Assembly: GCA_012295275.1 (NCBI GenBank)
Contig: CM022665.1
Span: 25,296,001 to 25,360,000, forward strand
Direction of reading: 5' to 3'
DNA: 64,000 nt
Source: Chrysomallon squamiferum
Lineage: Eukaryota; Animalia; Mollusca
Shown here: in pieces, positions 13,890 through 24,620 of the stretch
How positions within the stretch are numbered: the stretch's first letter is position 1
How the letters are laid out: every line of letters begins with the position of its first letter
The notes under the pieces: model-generated
The model's input: the letters and a program-made list of their open reading frames with translations, nothing else
What the model was told of the DNA's origin: nothing
The model's database searches: none
Position numbers and translations under genes: made by a program

Positions 13890-14001
13890 CTGGTGAATAT
13901 AATACGATGTTGATGAATGTTAAACATCGATATTAAAATTTCGTTCAGCAAACAAATAATTTGAATAGCTGATGGAAATAATACACAGAGAATTTTAACT
14001 G
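13890..14001 (-). repeat. Inverted dispersed copy (~1.4 units) of the 76-bp repeat at 9298-9850
   Basis: Reverse complement reads GTATTATTTCCATCAGCTATTCAAATTA..GCTGAACGAAATTTTAATATCGATGTTTAACATT..CGTATTAT, collinear with the array unit. Confidence 0.75.
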
Positions 14002-14884
14002 TTAAAGATTAAAACAAAAAAAATCATAGCAGACTGACAAAAAGCTCTTTGTTCTTCAATATCAATGCTGTACTGTTTCCTGAATGTCTTTTAAATGTTA
14101 GGTATCTATCAGTGATGAGGTGTTGTATTCAGTCCTGAGAGGAAACCTGTGTATTCAACATGGGTGATAGATCATCGTGCAACTGACATTTATCACCGTC
14201 GTCTACAGACCCTCGGAGACTTCGTGTGTCCTTGCAGAAGAGCATGCTGGCCGCTCGCATATTTCAGCCACCGTCTGATATTTCCTAACTTATGTTAATC
14301 CAAACGATGATAATAACACAGTGCCCTTGCATTTTCATTAAAAGAAATTTCGTTTTATTACGCGTTATAATTATTACAAAATAGGATATAAAACAATTTT
14401 GTTTTCTTGTTCTTCTTTATATTTCCGTTTGCAACATAATCTTTTAGACGCACGTATTTTTGTGTTCGTATCGATCTAAGGTGATTGCAAACAAACCGTG
14501 AATTGTCCGCTCAACATAGATTTCTATAATGAATTAAGTGTCTGTAAAAGATAGGTTATTTTCATGCAATGGAATCATCGTTAAACCTTCTCTTGGCATG
14601 GCGGTCTGCTTAGCCGAGGCATGTTGATGACGTTCTGTCAGTCTATCAAATATGTGTCTGTTGCGATACTGACAAACTAATCTGTTGTCAACAACAGAAA
14701 GGCCATTGTAAATGTCTGATTCCTTTTTATTCGATTTTTTTTAATCATGTGTGTGTGTGTGTGTGTGTGTGTTATTCTCAAATTATTTGTGAAATATGAA
14801 ACAACATTTTAGCCCTTATTCGTTTAAAAATACTGTTGTTTCGAGTTTCTAACTCCAAACAGCTATACATTATCAGTTTTCTCT

Positions 14885-15125
14885 TTTCATCTTTATATAC
14901 ACCAAGTCAACTATTTGAAATCCGCTGAAGGCTGAAGAACGTCTACACTGGACAGGTTACACAGGAACGTGGACAGTTCTCTCGAGTATGTTTAGTGTTA
15001 GTTTATTAGAAAGTTAGCTGGAGATGCGAAGAATTCTCACGGTTACCCAGTTAGAGTCAAACCCCAGAACCAGTTAGTCGAAACTTCAGTGACTTAGCTT
15101 AACCAGTGTACGACAGAGGCTGGTC
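14885..15125 (-). mobile_element. tRNA-derived SINE-like element
   Basis: Minus strand starts GACCAGCCTCTGTCGTACACTGGTTAAG (A-box-like) and has GGGTTTGACTC (B-box-like) about 40 nt downstream, then a unique body and an A-rich end. The head resembles gastropod SINE heads from memory. Confidence 0.5.
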
Positions 15126-15619
15126 TTTTCCCTACGTTTTTATTCGCTTTGTAAACAATTTCTGTGAAATACTGATGGAATTATATCATGATGGTAATAG
15201 TGTTATTACTATTGGGGTCCGCAGGCGTAATCTTCGTGATTAATTTTCTGATTGAACAGCAGGTGTGTACTGATGAAAAGAATTAGCGATCAGTTAATTG
15301 CTTTTATCCGCATTATTAAACTGAGCTCACGTGGTTTTACTTAACTAGTTTGAGGTCGATATGTACTTACTTCTTTGGTAACACCTGCTTGATACTTAGC
15401 TTTACACTTTTTACAAAATAGCTGGATTCCTCCTATATATATGTATGTATTCCAAAATATTGTTATATTAATATCCACATGTACATTAATTTGAAATATA
15501 TGAGATAGATATATTACAAAACACGCGATAGTTATAATATTACAAAATACGCGATAGTTGTATTATAAAATATTGCAGTTTCTGGTTAGAATGTGATAAC
15601 TCGCTGGATCAGCTCTCTT

Positions 15620-15726
15620 CGGCATTTCTCAGTCCAGCCAGTGATACATAACTGATCTATCAAAGAACGCGATATGTCAGTTCCTGTATATTGGTTGGTA
15701 CATAGAAAATACTCCTTGATGCTAAT
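15620..15726 (+). mobile_element. Degenerate SINE central domain, Meta/MESC-like
   Basis: ATTTCTCAGTCCAGCCAGTG..ACTGATCTATCAAAG..GATATGT..TCCTGT...TGG.TGGTACATAGAAAATACTCCTTGATGCTAAT aligns with the recalled mollusc SINE core (CCAGCCAGTG..ATCAAAGGCCGTGGTATGTGCTATCCTGTCTGTGGGATGGTGCATATAAAAGATCCCTTGCTGCTAAT) and with the copy at 52085. Confidence 0.65.
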
Positions 15727-16587
15727 ACGTGTATTTTAAAAAATGGTTAATATTCATCAAATTATCTAATCTCGTAGTTTTTCTCTAAAAATTATAAACC
15801 TTTTTTTTTTCTTCTTTTAATAATCCAGAAAAATCGCTGATAATAAGCAAATTTAATTGCGGTATTATATACTGAACCAAAATATTAACTATAAAGGTTT
15901 AGATAATAAAAAGAAGAAGACGGAGAAAAACAGCCGTTACCGCAAAAATTGTAAAAATACTGTCTAAAGCATAAACCGTTTTTCTTTTTTAATTTACTTT
16001 TCTAAACATACTGAATTTAATTCTTAAGGAAAAGTTGAAACCAAATTATTTTACAATGTAAAAAAAAAAAAAAAAAAAAAAAAATTGTGACGACGTATGT
16101 AAAGATAACCTGAAAGTTAAATCCCAGAAATAATTTCCGGAAACAAAGCAAAAAAAAAAATTAATTACTAAAAACTTAAAAATAAAATAATATATTCGTT
16201 CAAATCATAAACAAAAGATTCCTAAAAATGTTAGGTCAAACTCCCGTTATATTAACTAAGGAGAGAGATAAAATTTCTTACTTACAAGTCATGGTAAAAT
16301 TGTAATCCAATGTAGTGACGTCATACTATTGTCTTAATTGTTATGATGTATCTGTAATTACATGGCACGTGTAAGTACGTAGATGCGATGAAATTCGACT
16401 GGATCATGTTGGATTTGATTTCTTATTTTCTGAAAGTTCATCGCTTTTGACCATAGAGGTTAATTTGCAACTGAACATAATATTTTACTATTAAACGGGT
16501 AAGCCACAAACTATTTAAAAGTGTTAGTTTTTCTACGTTCATTTCATCACCCGTTCCCTAGTTATATAGATCATGAATATTTATGTC

Positions 16588-16627
<40 letters not shown>

Positions 16628-19226
16628 ATTATCTCATTATTTTGTCGTTGTTACGTTGTTCTTGTTATTCTTGATGTTATTGCTGCTGTTGTTATTATTT
16701 TTGACGTTGTTAAAGTTGGCGTTTGTTTCTATTGCTTGGAACTAAAAGCTTAACAAATGAAATAAACAGAGAGAAAGAAAAAAAGTGCTGATAACCACGT
16801 ACAAAGTAACGAGTTAAATACGACTGCGGTTTTGTACCTAGAATTAGACCGTTGTGAATTAATAGCCATAAGTCACGAACTAAATTTGAAATTCGCGTGC
16901 GTCCGCTAAGGACAAAAGATGGCGTTTTTGTGCACAGTGTAGAATCGGAGTTAACATACGTTTACAATAATTTAAAACCTGTAAGGTTTTCAATAACAAA
17001 TTGATTCATTGGTAATTCACAGATCAGTTGTGTGCTTAGATTAGGGCCATGCATGTTCCGTGACAAACATGTACGTTATTGTCCGTTCAATCTAAAAATC
17101 ATTACGCAGAAATAAAAGTAGTATTAACTACTTAAAAAAAACAACCATTTGCAATGTATTCAGATAAATCTAAAAATCACCATGAGAAAATCCGAGAGTT
17201 ACTGAATACGGTTATAAAGGCTGTTGTATGATATACAGTATTACATTGAACATCCTTTGGATTTTTGAAAGATATTTTCTTTGCTCATTCACATTTTCTT
17301 TGTGCTTTTATTTCCGTTTTGTTTCATTTTTATGATTGTTTTCTCTTGTGTATATATATAAGTCTGTACATATAAATTAATTTTTATTGCTTCATATTTT
17401 CCGTTTAGTTCTTTTGTTTATTTGCCGTCTTTCACGATATGTGGTGAAGGATTTGTAGAAGGTTTTTCTGTCTAATTAGAATTCAGTTGTCTGTAGAGAC
17501 GTCGTTTTTGTTTTCTTCATTGTTAATTTGAGTTAATCAAAATGACTTTTAAAACTGTTATTTTTATTTTGCTATAACTGTCGGTATAAAGCAAACGCTT
17601 TACAAATTAAACTTAGTTTTAGGTTGAAATGATTCGATTAACTTACGTGTTGTTCTTTTGTACAAATATTCAGTAATCGAAATGGCAAAGAAATAAAAAC
17701 ATATTAACAGATACTGTAGTTTGATTGATTTTTCCATAATTATTTTATCCTTTTAATTTTAACTTTTTTACATTTCTTTTTTTTTTCTTCTTCTTTTTAA
17801 ATTTTCCTATTATTATTTTTTAATGGAATATTCATCAACTTTTCTTAAGTAACTTTACATTTTTTTTCGTAAAATGTGACTTGATTTTGGTCAAAACAAC
17901 AACAATAGCAGAAGCGAATCGGGGATAGCAGAAAAGCATTTTGAGGATGAAACTGTTGTAAAAGAAAACCACGGTTCTGTGTACGACAGAGGAACGGCTG
18001 GTTGCTTCTACCTTCAACAACAACCGGAATTTCTCACTAGTACGTAGAGAGATAAATTAAACCAAAAGAAGTTTTAAAAAATAAAATAATAACAATAATA
18101 ATTGCAGTTTTAATCGAGTGCATTCACTGAAACAGACAAAAATCTATTAAGTCAAAAGTGTTAAGTATGTTTTTATCAATTTTTATTGTTCTTAGTTTTC
18201 ATTTAAAAAAAAATATATATAAATAAATAAAAAATAAAAACAAAATGTGTATAGTTTTATATATATATATTTTAATATTTCAGTGCTTTTCTTTTCTCAT
18301 TTGCTATTCAGGTTTTAAACAAAAGCTTTCAATGTCTGCTGATGGTTTCACAAAATGGATTTTTTTGTTTTTATTTTTTTTTTAAACCAGTATGAATATT
18401 TAACTAAAATTTTTATTTCAAATAATGTCAGCCTTTTAAGCTTTTATTTCCTACATTGTATGTAAAAGACTTCCTTCCGTTAATCGCAATACAAGAAAAG
18501 AAAAAAAAAGAAATGAAAGATAATGATGATGTTTTATGTCTTTTCATGAATTTGTAGACTTCAGATAATGGACAAGGAAAAAAATAGAAAGCTCTAAAGT
18601 CAAAGATGAGAAAATGCAGACTATGATGGTAATAATAATAATAATAATAATATAAAGAAAACGTCGAGGAAGAAGAAGAAGAATTTACCGTATTTCAACT
18701 ATATAATTTTTTTTTTTTTAAATTATATTTAAATAAGAAAAGTCGATTATGAAAACGATTTTCCTGATTTTTCTCTATCCCATCTGACTGTTACTTCCAC
18801 AGTCAGATATTATAAACGATATCTGAAATAAGTATGTATTTTGTACATCTTACTAGATACAGTGTGCGGCATTCTATCACAGCATATCTTTTGTAAATCT
18901 GAGTTAGATGCGATGTGCGATCTAATTAATTACATATTTTGTAAGCCTTTGTCAGATATTGGGTTCGATGTCCGAGATAATTACAAATGTGGTATAACTT
19001 AAGCAAACGTTATATGCCATATCACGTATGAATGTACATATTTTGAAAATTTTAATTAGATATGAGGTTTCGAAAGTCTACAGATTTTGAAAGTCTACGT
19101 TAAAACTGATCAGCCTTCAGTGTCAGGTATAGGAATTCCTATTCTACTGTTGCCATGTTATCTTGATTCATTGTTTAAAGAAATTTTCGAGATGATAAAA
19201 TTTCGATTAGAAAGATACAATAGATA

Positions 19227-19265
<39 letters not shown>

Positions 19266-20513
19266 TGTTATTATTATCATTATTGTTATTATTATTATTA
19301 TTGTTGTTGTTGTTGTTATTATTATTATTATAAATGAATATTTATCTCACACTCTGTTAATCAGTTTTTGAAAATACTACTTTATTTAACTTGCTATTAT
19401 TGAAAGGAATTTCCTTTTTTCATAAAACGCTTCGTTTCAGTATGATTTCGAAAAACAGTTTTTAAAAGTTGTCACTAAAAGAAAAAAAGACAAGACAAGA
19501 ACAGAAATAATAGGTACTGTTTGGTTTTATAAATATTTTTTTCTCTCTCTCATACTGTATTAGAAAGCTAGCTAATAAAAATAATGGAAGCTGTGATGGA
19601 TAGTCGTCAAATAAGGCTCTCAGTCTTGGGAATACAGAAATTCTCTATCGTGATATATAATTCATAATGATTGCAATATTTCTTTATTACTCATGGTCAA
19701 TATTGCTATGGTGGTCAGAAATACTCGCAGATACTATACCTGTTTTCATGCTTAGCAACAACAGTTACAGTAAGAATAATCAAAATTAAATTTAAAAAAA
19801 AAAATAATAATAATAATAATAATAGTAATTTAATTTGATATATATTACATCAGTTGAACAAATATATATATATGATTTGATATATATAGTATGAGCTGGA
19901 AACAGAAAGCTGGAATTGTATTTTCTTTTTTCTTTCTTTTATTTTTAAAAACCCCCACAGAATTACAGTAAACATTTTTCAGGGAGCAATCATCATACTT
20001 GATTCCGTACTTTGCAACAATGCTGGTGTCGAAAAAAATACAGTGTATCAAGCGATAAACAACAAATAATAAAATGATAACAATAGCTACACTTTGTAAC
20101 ACGTTTACTTCTTCTAAAATGTCACGAAAATCAAAATATCAGTGTCTGAAAACCATGTAAAAAAAAAAAAAAAAAGTATGTACTTTCTTGGGCATTAACG
20201 AAAGTGTAAAAGTAAAATAAATGAAGCATTTTCGACTTCTGAAAAGTTAAATAATATAATCCTACGAAGACCCCAGTTCGTGGAAAAATTAAACTTTCTC
20301 AGAAATTAACTAAAACGAAATGAAAGATTACAGTAAAAAAAAATCATAAAAATTAAAAAAAATTAAAAAAAAAAGAATCTGTTTCGTAACACACGATACT
20401 TTCTAAGATCTTAACAGAAGTGAGAAAGAAAGTATACAGCATATACAATAAAAAAAATATAAATTTCCCTTGAGAACGTCTGTATTAATAAAATATAAGT
20501 TAATAAATCTTAC

Positions 20514-20823
20514 CTCTTCCAGCCTGGATATTTTTCTCTAGATAAAGAGAATCTGTTATTTCAACTGGTTTGTTCCTATTTCCTCGTTGTTGGGTTGTTG
20601 TTGTTGTTGTCTTTTTTTGTTGTTTCTTGGTACTGGGATTTCGTCTTTTTTATTTTTCTCCGATGGCAGCAGCGTAGCACCTTTTTTTTTTTTTAGTTTT
20701 TCAACCGACCAGTTTGTAAGCTAACTTGAAAGCGCCCCGCTTTTTTACACTACGCCTTCTAACTGCTCCGCCACCTCAGGTGCGTTGGTGAATTCCTGCC
20801 GTTGGTCGTATCGACTGGTATCT
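20514..20823 (-). other. Putative non-coding first exon (5' UTR or lncRNA exon 1) of a minus-strand gene
   Basis: Ends at donor GGAAGAG|GTAAGA (intron starts at 20513). There is no ATG on the minus strand in the interval. Its 5' part is CpG/GC-enriched, and it begins ~28 nt downstream of TATAAA. Confidence 0.6.
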
Positions 20824-21151
20824 GATTCACACAGCAAAGGACGGGTTTATATTCCGCGCATGCCTTTACCCGCGTCGCCCACTCTTGTCATGAATTATAT
20901 AGCATGCGCAATGGGTCTGGAAGAAATCGAATTTCATTAAAAGCTTTGAACAGTTAGCTTTTTCTCGTGTTGTGATTTTAATGTATCGCTATTTACAAAG
21001 ATGTGCCTACTCCGCGGACGGGTCGACGTTGTTGTTGTTGATGATGCGTCGTTTCTCAATGAATTTTTTTTTGTTTTATTATTTTTTATTTTTTATTTTT
21101 TTTATTTTTATTTTTATTTTTTTTTTTTTTTTTTTTTTTTTTGTAGCCAAT
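20820..21151 (-). promoter_or_regulatory. Putative Pol II core/proximal promoter
   Basis: Minus-strand TATAAA at 20851-20846 in a GC-rich context; Inr-like TCAGAT at 20825-20820; NRF1-like GCGCATGC (~20856) and GCATGCGC (~20902); TAGCCAATC (CCAAT 21147-21151); locally high CpG density. Confidence 0.6.
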
Positions 21152-22858
21152 CCGGTGGTTTCTGTTCCAGTGTTTTTAAAAAAAAAAAAAAAAAGTGTTT
21201 GTCGGGTGCTGAAATCCATTCAAAACAAACAACAGTTATTAAGTAACTCAAAATTACATATGTTATTTTATCTTACGAGTTTGGATTTTAATTTCTTTTT
21301 AATCTTTGTATTTATTTATCTGTTTATGTTGAAATAAAGGTTGTTAGGAGAAAAACCAAGACCAGATATTTGTCAACTATTACAGAATTGTGTATTCTGT
21401 GGTGGATCTTATACACGGGCAAATTAATAAATAAAAATCGTCTAATTTTATTATTAACGTTGAAAAAAAGAAGGTAAGTTCCCTTTACTGCATAGTTATA
21501 AGTATTAGTACCATGCTAATTAGGAACCTAGATATAACAACGTAGAAAAATGTCCGCGTACAGCATTCTTAAAACTGTTCATATTTCATCATTTCACTAA
21601 CTATACAAGCATACTTGTTCATATTAAGTAATAATTAATATCGTTGCATATGCGTAAAACCACAATTCTTAGCCTTAGTATTCCTTAGCATTCATTTAAC
21701 TGCGCAATAAATTGTTCTCATACTTACATCCACAATAGTGAAATGTAACATATTCTTTCTAAATATAAAACACTAATTTTATGTTTTATTAGCATTCATA
21801 TTTTAATTAAAAGGTAGGCTCGACAACCAGGAAACTTACAGTAAGTATAAAAGTATCCAGAAAGATCGAAATTAACAAACACAACAACGAGATTTGGCAT
21901 ATTATCTTCATATATCCAACACGAACTCAGTTTTTATTCGATATTAAAAGACCAAATGCACAGAAGGTGTAGACAAAACTAAAAATTTAAATACACAATA
22001 CGTAAATTAGTAAATTATCTTCATATATTATATAAAATATCCATATTTTTTTGTATTAAATTTCTTTTTCAAAAGATAAACTATAACTTTGAGAAAATAC
22101 TATACATTCACGAAGATGTGTTTATGTTAACAAATTTGTTTTTAATCTGTATATTAGTTAGTGTTTTAAATGTGAAGTTGTAAACCAAAATGGCTTTATA
22201 CCAAAAAAAAAAAAAAAAAAAAAAAGAAATGAATTAATCATCAAGCAATCGTGTTGGACAAGTGAAGAAAGCTAGAACAAAAGACATCTATTAAAGAAAC
22301 GATTCATAGATGACAAATCGCAATAAGTATTATTTACCAGGACTCTGTTTGTGCTGTTTGCTTTCGAAGTTACTGAATTATTGATACGCTAATGATTCTA
22401 GCATTGTATGAATGGGTTAGAACATTACGCGTGCTAGAATATTACCAAACGTGCAGTGTTTTGTTAAACTGTTTGATTTGTGTTCGCACAAGAAATCGTT
22501 AAATAATACGAAATTGTAAAGTAAAAAGCGCTCTAACTATTTGATATGCTTCTGTTTGAGTCGCAGTCTTTGATCCGTAATAGATTAATTTTTATATTTC
22601 TTTAGTTTAGTTTTTTTTTTTAAATTTTTAGTTGTTGTTGTGTAAAGGAATTCTTGCAAATTAAGAGTTATCTCTATCTCATTCTCTCCATCGGAATGTT
22701 TCTGTACAGACAAACGATCGATACATATCTATATATCTGTCTGATTTTCTGTTTATCTCTCTGTCTGCTTACATATCTCACTTTATTTATCCCTCTGTAC
22801 ATACAGTAAGTCTGTCATTTGTGGGTTTGCTTCTTATTTTTTTCTTCTTGTTTTCTTA

Positions 22859-22902
<44 letters not shown>

Positions 22903-23420
22903 GTCATTCATTTTCTATTTTCATTTTGATCGAATGTTCACTTTAAAATATATATATATTTACATACACAATAAGTAATATTTAATATATATCATCAGCT
23001 TAACAAAACAAATTTTACTTTAACATTAATTATGACAAAGCTGAAAGGTATTTAAATACAACGAAGACAATTTCGATAGTGCCAGCCGCGTACTCAAGTT
23101 GTTTTATTAAAGCTATAACATGAGCCATATTGATATATCGTAGTACATTAGCAGTCGCTTAATGTTCGCCCACCAGCGTGAGATTTTGGCGTTTCACTTG
23201 TTCAACCTTTCTAAACCAGAATCTGTTAATTATGACAGTACAAATAAAACTATAATGTTCAATTAATACTTGTTTTATTACAAACATTGCGCCCATCCTC
23301 TGGAGGAAAAAGCTAGAACAATAAATACAAAAAATGTCGATATGGAAAGACACTAAATCGGAAACTGTCATGTATGTTCCGGAATGAATGTGTGAACGTC
23401 TGGGATTGTTCAGTATGAGA

Positions 23421-23458
<38 letters not shown>

Positions 23459-24107
23459 CGAGTTTTTCTTTTTTTAATAAGAGTGGTGCTGGAATTTTTA
23501 TGTCTGAAAAAAAAAAAAATTAAATAAATTTTAAAATTTAAAAAAGAAGAAGAAGAAGAAATTAAAAATTAGAATTAACTTAATAAAGTAATGAATCATT
23601 TTTTTAAAATAAGCAACGATAAAAATATAAAAAAAAGAAGAAAAAAAAAACAATACCAAAACAAAACAAAACAAAAATAAAATATAAATGAGAAACGAAC
23701 TTTCTAGCTAAATTTTTATTCGTAATTTTGATTAAATACCTTCTTTTGCTTATTTATTATTATTATCATTTTTTTAGATATTTTTTTAAATGAATCATTG
23801 AACATTTCTGACCATCTCTTGCGCTAATTTCAAATACATTACCGGTTGATGCTTTATTATTTTCAGCGATTATAATTTCCCTGGTCAGTACATTAAGTAT
23901 CTTGGCCTTAGATAAACCAATCGTGAGCCACTAATTGGAATGGTAATTAGAAAAAAAAAAGAATAATAATAACATTTTCACTACTAAAAAATGGAAAAAT
24001 AAATACTGTGCCATTAAATGTTATCCGGATAACCTTTAAATTGGCAAAAAAAAAAAAAAAAAAATTTAGCTATGTCGAATATATATAATGTAATATAATA
24101 TATAAGT

Positions 24108-24452
24108 CAGCGATTCCCAACGGGGTTCCTCGGAGCCCTTGTGCTCCGCGGTGCATTGTCAAGGGCTGCGCAAGAGATGACATAACTAAGAGCTTCGAGT
24201 ATGTTTGTCAAAAATACGACCAGGAATTGAAGAACTGTGCAAGCGAAAACAAGCCCAAGTCTCACATTAACTGACTAACGGTAAGAAGTTTTGTTATAAT
24301 GTTAATATATTTGTTTGGACTTCTGTTGCTTTAGTTTTGTCTTTTTTTGTTTTGTTTTAGCTGGTAAAATAAAATAAATGTGGGGGGGGGCACTGCAGGA
24401 TATTAAAAAATGTTATAGGGCTCCGCATTGATGAAAAGGTTGGGAATCACTG
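24108..24452 (+). mobile_element. Non-autonomous hAT (Charlie/Buster group) DNA transposon, 345 bp
   Basis: 14-bp TIRs CAGCGATTCCCAAC / GTTGGGAATCACTG (1 mismatch); 8-bp flanks ATATAAGT / ATATAAAG (degenerate TSD); GGG(C/T)TCC(G/T)CG-like subterminal motifs; internal transposase remnant. Confidence 0.9.
24190..24270 (+). pseudogene. C-terminal remnant of a hAT Charlie/Buster-type transposase
   Basis: Translates ELRVCLSKIRPGIEELCKRKQAQVSH*, the characteristic LRV.LS.I.P.I..L...KQAQ.SH* terminus of this family. Confidence 0.85.
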
Positions 24453-24581
24453 ATATAAAGCTAAAAAAAAAGAAGAAAAAAACAGATTTTTTTATTTAAT
24501 GTTATACAATATTACCTTTGAAGGCACAGAGAAAAAGAAATGTATTTGAAATTGTGTCGAATGTATGAATTTATAATTAAA

Positions 24582-24620
<39 letters not shown>

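Noticed and set aside
14885-15125. tRNA gene
   Set aside because: The A/B boxes are degenerate, no cloverleaf forms and a long unrelated body follows, so it was treated as a SINE.
17490-17502. CTGTAGAGACG partial match to the reverse complement of miR-993
   Set aside because: Only 11 nt match, the seed is absent and there is no precursor fold.
20505-20525. Resemblance to miR-750 (..ATCT.ACTCTTCCAGC..)
   Set aside because: The seed mismatches, no hairpin partner is visible, and the site is better explained as a minus-strand splice donor.
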